Assembly (NCBI GenBank): GCA_021604505.1
Contig: BQJC01000004.1
Span: 88,117-152,116 of the forward strand
Reading direction: 5' to 3'
DNA from: Nitrospinaceae bacterium
GTDB lineage: Bacteria > Nitrospinota > Nitrospinia > Nitrospinales > VA-1
DNA: 64,000 nucleotides
Positions within the stretch are counted from its first letter, which is position 1, and each line of letters opens with the position of its first letter. Both the position numbers and the translations under genes were made by a program. This document shows, one piece after another, positions 37,339-47,679 of the stretch. Below the pieces are notes generated by a model. The model did not search any database and was not told the DNA's origin. It saw only the letters and a list, made by a program, of their open reading frames with translations.

Positions 37339-40300
37339 TCAACAAGGGTTGGGAACGTATTCCATATGCAGAAGAGGCGCGGCGCTGGGAACCCCGTTGA
37401 AAGATTCAGCGGCTCGTTCTCCGGTTCCACTGATAATGACCGCCAGCGAATTGCCGCTCACCCATCCCGGCAGGTTAATGATTTCCTGAATGACGGAAGC
37501 GATATCCGGAGTTCGCTGATCCAACCCGGCTTCTCCCACCGAAGTCCACGAAGGAACCCCAGGCCAGCCCACCGAGGCTCCCGTCAGCGGCCGGTCGGTG
37601 ATGTTGTTGCTTGCACTGGTAAACGTCGCGGCGTTGGCCGCAGCCTGCCCGCGCACCGTGAGCGACGTGGTCCCGGAATGGCTTTCATCCGCCTGAAACT
37701 GAACATAGGCATTGGTGATCGTCGAACAACCGGGGACACTCACCCCGTTAAAGCGCAGGCCAATGGTCTGGTTGTCTCCGGCATCAAAGGTCATTTCGAG
37801 ATCGGAGCTGGTCAGCGACATACTTCCCGAGGCCCGTTCTTCCGCATCGTCCGTACTCGATGAAACACGGATGTCGAGAATCGTAGAAGCTGAAGGTGGA
37901 CCCGTGGAGACAACGATTTTGACACTGCTGCCTGCCGCAGCACTGGCTCCGCCTATCGGATTCTGGCTGATCACATCTCCCGCAGAAACCGTAGCGCTGC
38001 TCTGCGTTGAAACCGTTCCAACATCCAGTCCCGCACCGACAATCGCCGCTTCCGCAGCAGCTTGCGTCAGACCCACAACGTCAGGGACCGACACCAATAC
38101 CGGTGGCGTGCTTGAAAATTCCACATACAATAAAGGTGCGGCGCCGGGAACCCCGTTGAAGGATTCAGCAACCCGCTCTCCGGTCCCGCTGATAATGACC
38201 GCCAGCGAATTGCCACTCACCCATCCCGGCAGGTTGATGATTTCCTGAATGACCGATGCTATATCCGGTGTCCGCTGATTTGGCCCGGCTTCTCCCACCG
38301 AATTCCATGCAGGAACAGAAGGCCAGGCCACCGACGCTCCCGTTAACGACCGGTCGGTGATGTTGTTGGTTTCACTGGTAAACGTCGCGGCGTTGGCCGC
38401 CGCCTGCCCGCGAACCGTGAGCGACGTGGACCCGGAATGGCTTTCATCCGCCTGAAACTGAACATAGGCTTTGGTGATCGTTGCACCTGCGGGAATATTC
38501 ACCCCGTTAAAGCGCATACCGATGGTCTGGTCGCCTCCGGCATCAAAGGTCAGCTCGAGATCGGAGCTGGTCAGCGACATATCCCCAGAGGCCCGTTCTT
38601 CCGCATCGTCCGAACCCGATGCAACCCGAATATCGAGAACCGTTGTCCCCGAACTCTCGGTCACAGTGATGCTCAACTCGTCGAAGACAGTGAACTCGCC
38701 GTCAAAGGCAGTCAGGCGCAAAACGTAGGTCCCCGGCAAATTGAAACTGACGGTCGTGTCTTCCGCATTGGCGTTGGCAAAGGTCGCCGTTCCGCCCGCA
38801 GGCCCGCTTTCCTGATTCCAGGTAATCGTCGGAGTCGCCTGCACCAGGCCGTCGTCGGTGACCGTTCCATTCAGTGTCGCACTTGCCGGAAGAACAATCG
38901 ACTGGTCCGGACCGGCGTTGACCGTGGGGGGAGTGTTGGACGGCGGGGTGACAACCTCCACGGTGATCGTGTCCTGTCCCGGCAGGCCGCCGCTGTCCGT
39001 CACTGAAGCGGTGATGGTGTGTATTCCTGTCGATAACCCAGCCGTTGCAAAGGAAACCGCCTGCACTCCACCGTTGAGAACCCCATCCAGGTTGGAAGTC
39101 CACGTGAGATTCGACGACAGGTTACCGTCCTCAAAATCATTGGCCGTGCCGCTGAAAGTGATGCTGGCCCCCGCGTTGAAAGTCAAACCGTCCGCTGGTG
39201 CGTTGATCCCCACCGTGGGGGGCTGGTTGCCCTGACTGGAACCGTATTCCACATGCAGAAGAGGCGCGGCGCTCGGAACCCCGTTGAAAGATTCAGCGGC
39301 TCGCTCTCCGGCCCCGCTGATAATGACCGCCAACGAATTGCCACTCGCCCATCCCGGCAGGTTGATGATTTCCTGAATGACCGATGCTATATCCGGAGTC
39401 CGCTGATCGACACCTGCTTCTCCCACCGAATTCCATGCAGGAACCCCAGGCCAGGCCACCGACGCTCCTGTCAGGGGCCGGTCGGTGATGTTGTTGGTTT
39501 CACTGGTAAACGTCGCGGCGTTCGCCGCAGCCTGCCCGCGCACCGTCAGCGACGTGGACCCGGAATGGCTTTCATCCGCCTGGAACTGAACATAGGCTTT
39601 GGTGATCGTTGCGCCTGCGGGAATATTCACCCCGTTAAAGCGCATGCCGATGGTCTGATCGCCTCCGGCATCAAAGGTCAGCTCGAGATCGGAGCTGGTC
39701 AAAGACAGATCCCCTGAGGACCGTTCTTCCGCATCGTCCGAACCCGATGCAACCCGAATATCGAGCACATCCTGGCTGGGACTTTCAGTTGCCGTGATGC
39801 TCAACTCGTCAAAGATAGTGAACTCGCCGTCGAAGGCAGTCAGGCGTAAAACGTAGGTCCCCGGCAAATTGAAACTGACGGTCGTGTCTTCCGCATTGGC
39901 GTTGGCAAAGCTCGCCGTTCCACCTGCAGGACCGCTTTCCTGATTCCAGGTAATCGCCGGAGTCGCCTGCACCAGGCCGTCGTCGGTGACCGTTCCATTC
40001 AGCGTCGCACCCGCCGGAAGAACAATCGACTGGTCCGGACCGGCGTTGACCGTTGGCGGAGCATTGACCGCGACGGCGGGGTTGACGGTGACGGTCAACT
40101 CATCGAAAGCCGTCAACTCGCCATCAAACGCGGTCAATCGGAGGACATACGTACCAGCTTCGGAGAAACTGACGGTCGTGTCCTCAGCATTGAAATTGGC
40201 AAAGGTAGCCGTTCCACCCGCAGGCCCGCTCTGCTGGCTCCAGGTAATCGTCGGAGTTGTCTGTATCTGGCCGTCGTCGGTAACGGTTCCATCTAAAATT

Positions 40301-43300
40301 GCGTTAGCCGGAAGGGTGATCGTCTGGTCAGGCCCTGCGTCTGGCACCGGAGCACTATTGGCATTGCCACCAATATTACACGTGTCTGAACCTGTATCCG
40401 TAAATTCAAACCCCGCCTCAGGAAGGAATTCCCAATCATAGCCATTGTCTCTTAATGTTAATTTGATAATACCCAGTGAGGAATTGTATTTAACCTCGCT
40501 ATTGGGGATTGGATTGTCAAAATTGTAAAGGGATCTCCCGCCGGTACCGACGACAAAGGCCCGGATGCCGTTCGGGTCAAGATTGCTGTTTGAATCCTGT
40601 TTCGCAAACCGCTCGTAAGTATGATCGTGACCTGCAATAACAATATCCGCCCCGGCGATGTATAGTTCTTGCCAAAATTCAATCGTTCGCGTTGAACTTC
40701 CATGACGTCCTGAGCTGTAGTACGGACGGTGCCAATAAGCAAGAATGCAGGATCCGGAATGCGCCGCTAGATCTTGTTTCAACCACTCCACTTGTGCGGA
40801 ACCCGCCTCAAAATCAACTTCCGAATCGAGTGAAATGATGTGCCAGTTTCCGAGGTCGTAGCTGTAAAAAAGTTGTTGTGTATTTCCAGGAAAGACGCAA
40901 TCATTGGCTGTAGGACAGAAATAATCCAGATAATCCGCCGCACCTGCAACCCCGTAGTCATGGTTGCCGGGCGAGGGAAAGGTTCGCGAACGGTGTCTGC
41001 CCCACGTCGGGTCGTATTTCTGCAGAAAATCAGCTGCTGTGCCGTTGTCATAGGCATTGTCCCCTGCAGTGAATACAATGGCGCCAGGATCATTGGCAAC
41101 CACGTTATCGATGATTTGTGCGGTTGCCTCGGGCCCCCCTGTTATGGAACCATCATCGGCAATATCCCCCGCGCCGACCAGCGTATAAGAAGTAATTTGA
41201 CCGGGATCAAGCGTTGTCGCGCTTGCGGGAAGACTTGCTTCTGAAAGATTATTCGAACTATCCCGTGCAACAACTTCATACGTATAACTCGTAATCGTCG
41301 AAAGGTCCGTATCAAGAAACGAAGTTGCCGATGTTGAACCTATAAATGCGCTGGGCGTGCAACCGAAACCTTGACAGCGAAACACATCGTATCCAGCAAC
41401 CGCAATGTTGTCCGTTGAAGCACTCCATGTAAGGTTGATGCGGGAGGATAAAACACCCGTTCCCGTTAACCCCGTGGGAACGGAGGGGGGTTCTGAATCA
41501 GTCACTGCTAAAAATTCCACATGCAATAAAGGTGCGGCGCCGGGAACCCCGTTGAAGGATTCAGCCGCTCGCTCCCCGGTCCCGCTGATAATGACCGCCA
41601 GAGAATTGCCACTCGCCCATCCCGGCAGGTTGATGATTTCCTGAATGACCGATGCTATATCCGGAGTCCGCTGATTTGGCCCGGCTTCTCCCACCGAATT
41701 CCATGCAGGAACCCCAGGCCAGGCCACCGACGCTCCCGTTAACGACCGGTCGGTGATGTTGTTGGTTTGACTGGTAAACGTCGCGGCGTTGGTCGCAGCC
41801 TGCCCGCGAACCGTGAGCGACGTGGACCCGGAATGGCTTTCATCCGCCTGAAACTGAACATAGGCTTTGGTGATCGTTGCGCCTGCGGGAATATTCACCC
41901 CGTTAAAGCGCATGCCGATGGTCTGGTCACCTCCGGCATCAAAGGTCAGCTCGAGATCGGAGCTGGTCAGTGACATATCCCCTGAGGCCCGTTCTTCCGC
42001 ATCGTCCGAACCCGATGCAACCCGAATATCGAGCACATCCTGGCTGGGACTTTCAGTTAAAGTGATGCTCAAATCGTCGAAGACAGAGAACTCGCCATCG
42101 AAGGCAGTCAGGCGCAAAACGTAGGTCCCCGGCAAATTGAAACTGACGGTCGTGTCTTCCGCATTGGCGTTGGCAAAGGTCGCCGTTCCACCCGCAGGCC
42201 CGCTTTCCAAATTCCAGGTAATCGTCGGAGTCGCCTGCACCAGACCGTCGTCGGTGACCGTTCCATTCAGCGTCGCACCCGCCGGAAGAACAATCGACTG
42301 GTCCGGACCGGCGTTGACCGTGGGGGGAGTGTTGACTGGCGGCGGACCAGAACTTTGGCTAAAAAAGATGAAGGCCGAGCCGGAATCGTTTTCGCCGTTG
42401 TTATCGTCTTGATAAGCTCCCACGATGACATCGTCGATGCCGTCGCCATTGTAATCGCCTGCTGACGATATAGAAAAACCAAACGAATCATTTTCGTTCT
42501 GACCATTCAAAATCACGTCCGAATCTGCGTCGGCCCTTAATGTCAACTGAGCTCCAGCGGGGTTGCGGCCGAAAAAGATGAAAGCGCTGCCAGAGTTACA
42601 AAGTTCGCTTAGGCAATCCGGGTTGTTATCATCGGAAGGTACTCCGACGATAACGTCGCCTAATCCGTCGCCGTTGAAGTCACCCGCCAATGACACCCTA
42701 GAACCAAAGTTGTTCTGTGCGTTCTGTCCATTGAGGATCACATCCGCGTCAGCATCCGCTCGTAAAAACAACTGAACACCTTCCGGATCACGGCCGAAAA
42801 AAATAAAGGCACTACCGGAATTGATTTTACCGTTATTATCGTCATTATGAGCGCCAACGATAATATCATCTACACCGTCGCCGTTGAAGTCGCCCGCTGA
42901 GGACACTGAAGACCCGAAAAAGTCATCTGTACTCTGGCCCCACAAGATCATGTTCGCGTGGCTATTCGCCCCTAGGGTCAATTGTCCAACCGGTTGGCGG
43001 CCGAAAAAGATAAAGGCGCTGCCAGATTGAGTTTGGCCGTTATTACTGGCAAAAGCGGCTCCGACGATGACGTCGTCCTTTCCATCGCCATTGAAATCAC
43101 CCGCCGGGGATACAGATCCGCCAAACCTACCTAATAGATTTTGACCATTGATGATCACATCGACATCGGCATCCGCACTTAAAGTCAACTGAACACCCGC
43201 ACCCGGATCACGGCCCAAAAATATGGAGGCACTCCCGTTATTAGCTAACCCGATACTATCGTCCAATGGAACTCCGACGATGACATCACTCTTGCCGTCA

Positions 43301-46170
43301 CCATTGAAGTCCCCAGTTGAGGAGAACACACCACCAAATCGACCACCTGCAGTTTGGCCATTCAAGATCACGTCCGCATCCGCATCGGCCACTAATGTCA
43401 ACTGAACGCCCCCTGTGCTACGGCCGAAAAAGATGAACGCACTGCCAGAGTCACAAAATTCGTTTGTACAATCCGGGCTGTTATCATCATTTGATGCCCC
43501 TACCATGACGTCGTCTTTGCCGTCACCATTGAAGTCCCCCACAAACGAAACTGTTAGACCAAACAAATCATTTGCACTCTGGCCACTTAGGATCACATCG
43601 GCATCGGCCTCTGATCTTAGCCCAAGCTGAACGCCAACGAGGTTGCGGCCAAAAAATATGAAGGCGCTATTCGATAAATTGGAACCGACGATTATATCGT
43701 CAATGCCATCGCCATTAAAATCCCCGGCCGATGACACGGAATTACCAAATCGATCCCCTGCGTTTTGACCATCGAGGATGACATTGGCGTCACTATCCAC
43801 CGTTAGAATGGGCGATGTCTTAACCGTAACTGTTTGGGTTGCCGTTCCGGTATTGCCCGAAGAGTCCGTTGCCGAATACGTCACTATGGTAACGCCAGCT
43901 GGGAAACCACCTGCAGGGGCATCGTTGATTGGTATGATCGTTCCATCCACCCCGTCAATGGCGGTGACTGTGCCCAAGGCAACTGGTGTCAATGTCCCCG
44001 TCGCAGCCACCACTAAATCTGGAAGATAGACAGTAACCTCTGGCAGGGTGGTATCGACAATCGTAATGGTTTGCGTGGCTGTTGAGGAATTACCCCTCTC
44101 ATCGGTGGCGGTCCAGATAACCGGGGTAACACCCACCGGGAACTGGATATAGCCTATCCGGTGGGGGGGTGGCGCATTGTTGGTGATAGTAATATCAGCC
44201 GGTGCACTCACATTATCAGTTGCCGTTGCTTGACCAATAAACACACCCGTCTGTATACCGGTTGCCTCAACCGTTAAATCCGCAGGAACCGTTATTACAG
44301 GAGGTATAGAATCAATTTCAAGACCATCAATAACTGTAATGGCCGGAACGGCCTGCACCAATCCATAACCCGTGGCAAAATCGACACCGGTGTCAAACCC
44401 TGCAGTTCCAGGATCATCCATATCGATGGCAGTCGATTCCAGAGCCAAATAAATTTCTGCTGGAAATAATCCAGGTTTATTTTGAAACAACAAAGCGGCA
44501 AGCCCCGCGACGTGAGGAGCGGCGGCGGAGGTCCCGAAAAAATCCGGGAACCCGTCTCCATTACTGTCGGGACTGCCAAAAAAAGTGGTGCTGCCACCAT
44601 CCGGGCCGACAATATTCGGTTTGAATCGAATTTCAGGCGAAGCCAATGGGTTCCCTGCGAGGTCGAACAGAATAGGGACGCCGCCGATAGAGGAAAACGC
44701 TTCCAATTGCGGCGGGTTGACTCCAAACTCCGGGGTATTGATAAAATTTGCCGCTCCTACCGCTTCCGCTCCCAAGGCGTTGGCGTGCCCGTAGGAAGTG
44801 GGGCTCGCTGTATTAAACTGATTGACCGTTGAGTTGCCGAACTGGACATATTTGATTTTACCGGGATTCGCTCCCCCACCATTGGTGATGACAATATTGA
44901 AAGTCTGCGTGGCTCCCGTGTTTTGAAAAAACAGGACTTCTACCGGGTCCAGACCAATATTAGCTTCCGCACTGGCCGCAACCACCGTAGTGGCAGCGGC
45001 ATTGGCCAGGTAGATATCCACATCGTTGGGAGAACCGGCCCCACCCGCCGAGGCCGCCGGAGAGTCCCATTGCAGGGCAATCAAAAGGGTTCCCCCGCCC
45101 GGAATCGTCACCTGCTGAAATATATCCACCCCGCCGCCCGGATCAAAATCGTGGACCTCAAAAACTTCCGGGCCGATGGTGATCGTCTGCCCTCCCCGGA
45201 ACACATCCTCATAGCTGTTCCGGGATTGGTTCCCCGCCGCTGAAAAATACGCAACTCCCGTTCCATTCACCTGATCGACGGCCTGGGCGATGATTCCGTC
45301 TTGAAACATCGGTTCGGCAAAATAAATGATGTCATCGACAATAACTTGCGCACCGGCATTGGCGAGGTCAATAATGCCTTGCGCAAAGTTGGCCTGACCA
45401 TTGAAGGCTGTGTGAAAAGCCAGCGAAGCGCCCGGCGCTACGTCATGCACGATCTGCAGCATGCCCCGGCCTTCGTCGATACTGCTAGCACATGAGGCGG
45501 TGTCATCCAGAACGGTCACACCTCCCGCAGGAAGGTCCCCGGATGAAATGTCCCCCGCCGCCCCGCCGAGGCAATCGTAACTATCCGAAAGAACCCCGAC
45601 CGTCACGCCCGACCCATCCACGCCGAAAGTCGTGCGCGCAATATCTGCCCGCATGGAAAGGTCCCCCTGACTGGTCACCGACCCTGCGTTGGTGGCCGCC
45701 ATGGACGGACGCGCAAAAGTCAGATAATGGCATTGCGGTAGTTGATCGACTGCCGAAATGGGTAAGAGGCCTGAGACCATCTTTCCAAAAATTCCGGCAT
45801 TTTTAAGGCCGATTCCTTCCAACTCCTCTTTCAAGTCGTTTGGATCCGAAACGGCGATGGCATCGATCACCACATAGCTATCAGACACCTTGACCATGGA
45901 GTTTTGCGGCCTGAATTTCCCTTTGAAGCTGAAGGACTTGTTCTTTCTAAAGGACTGGAAGTCTTCGTAAACCTCTCGCAAATGTTTTCCGACCTTGGGT
46001 CTTATCGATGGTCTTGACTTTATATCTTTTTGAGAGATTTCGAGGCGGGTTTGCGGGTCGTTTTCCCTTTTACTGTTATCGGCATGAACGGACAGGGAGG
46101 GCAGAATCGTTAAAAATAAAGCCAGTATTAAAACAGTCAGCCCGGTTTTTGAATTTCTGCCGATTCTCAC
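37339..46170 (-). CDS. Giant secreted multidomain protein: prodomain, S8/S53-like protease, HYR x2, 7 FG-GAP repeats, PKD/Ig-like repeats, FN3, metallophosphoesterase, four ~175-aa repeats, PASTA
   Basis: VGVLSDS/DEGRGM/AAGN/FGTSAAAPHVAG; GDFNGDG x7; NAGPDQ units; GDIA/GDNAY/GNHDY/GHDH; VPDVVGL...VISQNP. Confidence 0.88.
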   Translation of the reverse strand: MRIGRNSKTGLTVLILALFLTILPSLSVHADNSKRENDPQTRLEISQKDIKSRPSIRPKVGKHLREVYEDFQSFRKNKSFSFKGKFRPQNSMVKVSDSYVVIDAIAVSDPNDLKEELEGIGLKNAGIFGKMVSGLLPISAVDQLPQCHYLTFARPSMAATNAGSVTSQGDLSMRADIARTTFGVDGSGVTVGVLSDSYDCLGGAAGDISSGDLPAGGVTVLDDTASCASSIDEGRGMLQIVHDVAPGASLAFHTAFNGQANFAQGIIDLANAGAQVIVDDIIYFAEPMFQDGIIAQAVDQVNGTGVAYFSAAGNQSRNSYEDVFRGGQTITIGPEVFEVHDFDPGGGVDIFQQVTIPGGGTLLIALQWDSPAASAGGAGSPNDVDIYLANAAATTVVAASAEANIGLDPVEVLFFQNTGATQTFNIVITNGGGANPGKIKYVQFGNSTVNQFNTASPTSYGHANALGAEAVGAANFINTPEFGVNPPQLEAFSSIGGVPILFDLAGNPLASPEIRFKPNIVGPDGGSTTFFGSPDSNGDGFPDFFGTSAAAPHVAGLAALLFQNKPGLFPAEIYLALESTAIDMDDPGTAGFDTGVDFATGYGLVQAVPAITVIDGLEIDSIPPVITVPADLTVEATGIQTGVFIGQATATDNVSAPADITITNNAPPPHRIGYIQFPVGVTPVIWTATDERGNSSTATQTITIVDTTLPEVTVYLPDLVVAATGTLTPVALGTVTAIDGVDGTIIPINDAPAGGFPAGVTIVTYSATDSSGNTGTATQTVTVKTSPILTVDSDANVILDGQNAGDRFGNSVSSAGDFNGDGIDDIIVGSNLSNSAFIFFGRNLVGVQLGLRSEADADVILSGQSANDLFGLTVSFVGDFNGDGKDDVMVGASNDDNSPDCTNEFCDSGSAFIFFGRSTGGVQLTLVADADADVILNGQTAGGRFGGVFSSTGDFNGDGKSDVIVGVPLDDSIGLANNGSASIFLGRDPGAGVQLTLSADADVDVIINGQNLLGRFGGSVSPAGDFNGDGKDDVIVGAAFASNNGQTQSGSAFIFFGRQPVGQLTLGANSHANMILWGQSTDDFFGSSVSSAGDFNGDGVDDIIVGAHNDDNNGKINSGSAFIFFGRDPEGVQLFLRADADADVILNGQNAQNNFGSRVSLAGDFNGDGLGDVIVGVPSDDNNPDCLSELCNSGSAFIFFGRNPAGAQLTLRADADSDVILNGQNENDSFGFSISSAGDYNGDGIDDVIVGAYQDDNNGENDSGSAFIFFSQSSGPPPVNTPPTVNAGPDQSIVLPAGATLNGTVTDDGLVQATPTITWNLESGPAGGTATFANANAEDTTVSFNLPGTYVLRLTAFDGEFSVFDDLSITLTESPSQDVLDIRVASGSDDAEERASGDMSLTSSDLELTFDAGGDQTIGMRFNGVNIPAGATITKAYVQFQADESHSGSTSLTVRGQAATNAATFTSQTNNITDRSLTGASVAWPGVPAWNSVGEAGPNQRTPDIASVIQEIINLPGWASGNSLAVIISGTGERAAESFNGVPGAAPLLHVEFLAVTDSEPPSVPTGLTGTGVLSSRINLTWSASTDNIAVAGYDVFRCQGFGCTPSAFIGSTSATSFLDTDLSTITSYTYEVVARDSSNNLSEASLPASATTLDPGQITSYTLVGAGDIADDGSITGGPEATAQIIDNVVANDPGAIVFTAGDNAYDNGTAADFLQKYDPTWGRHRSRTFPSPGNHDYGVAGAADYLDYFCPTANDCVFPGNTQQLFYSYDLGNWHIISLDSEVDFEAGSAQVEWLKQDLAAHSGSCILAYWHRPYYSSGRHGSSTRTIEFWQELYIAGADIVIAGHDHTYERFAKQDSNSNLDPNGIRAFVVGTGGRSLYNFDNPIPNSEVKYNSSLGIIKLTLRDNGYDWEFLPEAGFEFTDTGSDTCNIGGNANSAPVPDAGPDQTITLPANAILDGTVTDDGQIQTTPTITWSQQSGPAGGTATFANFNAEDTTVSFSEAGTYVLRLTAFDGELTAFDELTVTVNPAVAVNAPPTVNAGPDQSIVLPAGATLNGTVTDDGLVQATPAITWNQESGPAGGTASFANANAEDTTVSFNLPGTYVLRLTAFDGEFTIFDELSITATESPSQDVLDIRVASGSDDAEERSSGDLSLTSSDLELTFDAGGDQTIGMRFNGVNIPAGATITKAYVQFQADESHSGSTSLTVRGQAAANAATFTSETNNITDRPLTGASVAWPGVPAWNSVGEAGVDQRTPDIASVIQEIINLPGWASGNSLAVIISGAGERAAESFNGVPSAAPLLHVEYGSSQGNQPPTVGINAPADGLTFNAGASITFSGTANDFEDGNLSSNLTWTSNLDGVLNGGVQAVSFATAGLSTGIHTITASVTDSGGLPGQDTITVEVVTPPSNTPPTVNAGPDQSIVLPASATLNGTVTDDGLVQATPTITWNQESGPAGGTATFANANAEDTTVSFNLPGTYVLRLTAFDGEFTVFDELSITVTESSGTTVLDIRVASGSDDAEERASGDMSLTSSDLELTFDAGGDQTIGMRFNGVNIPAGATITKAYVQFQADESHSGSTSLTVRGQAAANAATFTSETNNITDRSLTGASVAWPSVPAWNSVGEAGPNQRTPDIASVIQEIINLPGWVSGNSLAVIISGTGERVAESFNGVPGAAPLLYVEFSSTPPVLVSVPDVVGLTQAAAEAAIVGAGLDVGTVSTQSSATVSAGDVISQNPIGGASAAAGSSVKIVVSTGPPSASTILDIRVSSSTDDAEERASGSMSLTSSDLEMTFDAGDNQTIGLRFNGVSVPGCSTITNAYVQFQADESHSGTTSLTVRGQAAANAATFTSASNNITDRPLTGASVGWPGVPSWTSVGEAGLDQRTPDIASVIQEIINLPGWVSGNSLAVIISGTGERAAESFNGVPSAAPLLHMEYVPNPC
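37351..42335 (-). repeat. Near-identical intragenic DNA repeats (~530-bp domain x4 at about 37351-37885, 38113-38640, 39241-39770, 41510-42040; ~290-bp PKD-like unit x3-4)
   Basis: Long shared runs such as CCATCCCGGCAGGTT..TGATTTCCTGAATGAC and GGTCCCCGGCAAATTGAAACTGACGGTCGTGTCTTCCGCATTGGC recur. Confidence 0.9.
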
Positions 46171-46582
46171 TTTTCAAATTTCCAAAGTCTAAATATTTAA
46201 AGGGGTTCGATCATAAGCCGTTCACTCCGAATCAACGAAACGGATACCATATAGGCTGGGGATTATAAATTAAACACACCGTTTATACAATCTTCCTGCA
46301 GGGAAACTTGTGACATTTAAAGGGTTTAGATATTGGCATAGGGATATAAGCTCTGAACCGGAAATCCCTTAAGCTTGCGTATTGTTTTGCTTGAAAGATT
46401 CCTTATCTTTTCCCTTTATTTCATACTTTACAGAGAAGGGGTTGCTCACAAAATTTATATTTTCTAAATGATTACAAAGAGTTAAAGGTGAGCCTGTAAC
46501 CCACAGTCAATTTGTGTTAATTTAATAGAATGCAGTTTAGTTTCCCCAACATTCCCATTCTAAAACCAAAATTCGGAATCAA

Positions 46583-47653
46583 ATGTATTTGAACACAAAA
46601 GACGAGAACACCCTTTGCAAAATCAATTACCCCGAAATAGAAAAAGAATTTAAGGAACTGATAAACCTTGAAAACCTGGACCAGAGAATCGCCGAGGAGC
46701 CTGCCCGGGTCGAATCTTTTGAAGAAGACCTCGACGAGATCCTTTCCGAAGCGTTCGACGACGAGGCGCATGATTCTTCCTCGGCCCACCTGTTTATTCA
46801 CCGGATTCTATATCGGATCAACCGCCTGAAACTGTTCTGGTACGACGATCTGAGCAATTATGCCAATGAAAATTCCCAGTATCTTTTTAAAGTCCGCAAT
46901 CAAATCGAGTCTGTATGGCAGGATTGGGAGAAAAATCATCTCAAAATGGCATATCTTTCCTCTGCCAAGGTAAAAAGCGGATTGAGGGAACAGATTGCAA
47001 GAGACTTGCACCCGGAACCGTCCGAGGATGGTTTATATTTTCGCAACGAAATGACTCTGCAGGGATATTGCAGGCTTTTGGCCATCGCTTCTCTGGATGG
47101 ATTGGTGGAAGCGAGTCAACTGTCCAGAATGCTAGGGGGGGCGAGCAATGAAGTTCAATCTATGCTCACGCGAATATTTTTGGAGGAGTATGGAGGGGGC
47201 CGTTTACAGCGCAAGCACTCCTCCTATTTTTCCAACATGCTGGAAGGGCTCGGCATGAATACCCAGCCGGAAGCCTATTTTGACCGGGTGCCCTGGGAGG
47301 TTCTCGCCAATATCAATCACAGTTTTTTCCTCAGCGAAGGCAACCGCCATTTTTTGCGCTACGCGGGAAGCCTGCTCTATACCGAAGTTTCCGTTCCCGC
47401 GTCCTTTGATAATTTCCGTCTGGCCGGAGAGCGCCTCGGTTTGGGCGAAGACGCCATCACCTATTGGGATCTGCATATCAAAGAGGACATCAGGCACGGT
47501 CAATGGATGCTGGATGACGTGGCGCTCCCCCTGGCCGAACGCTACCCGGAAGAAGCCTGGGAAATCCTTTGGGGATATGAGCAACAGCGGTTTTTCAGTA
47601 CCCGGGCAAGCCGGGCCACGGCACGAGCCGTTCAGGAAGCTGAAGCTTCCTGA
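46583..47653 (+). CDS. Iron-containing redox enzyme (heme-oxygenase-like diiron oxidase, HDO)
   Basis: EEYGGG....HS, YTE, YW.LHIKED..HG diiron ligand pattern. Confidence 0.8.
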   Translation: MYLNTKDENTLCKINYPEIEKEFKELINLENLDQRIAEEPARVESFEEDLDEILSEAFDDEAHDSSSAHLFIHRILYRINRLKLFWYDDLSNYANENSQYLFKVRNQIESVWQDWEKNHLKMAYLSSAKVKSGLREQIARDLHPEPSEDGLYFRNEMTLQGYCRLLAIASLDGLVEASQLSRMLGGASNEVQSMLTRIFLEEYGGGRLQRKHSSYFSNMLEGLGMNTQPEAYFDRVPWEVLANINHSFFLSEGNRHFLRYAGSLLYTEVSVPASFDNFRLAGERLGLGEDAITYWDLHIKEDIRHGQWMLDDVALPLAERYPEEAWEILWGYEQQRFFSTRASRATARAVQEAEAS

Positions 47654-47679
47654 AATCCGGCAGGCGCAGAGGAGAGTTC

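Noticed and set aside
37351..42335. Long repeats as a CRISPR array or IS copies
   Set aside because: They are in-frame protein-domain repeats of 290-530 bp inside one ORF, with no spacers, cas genes or transposase
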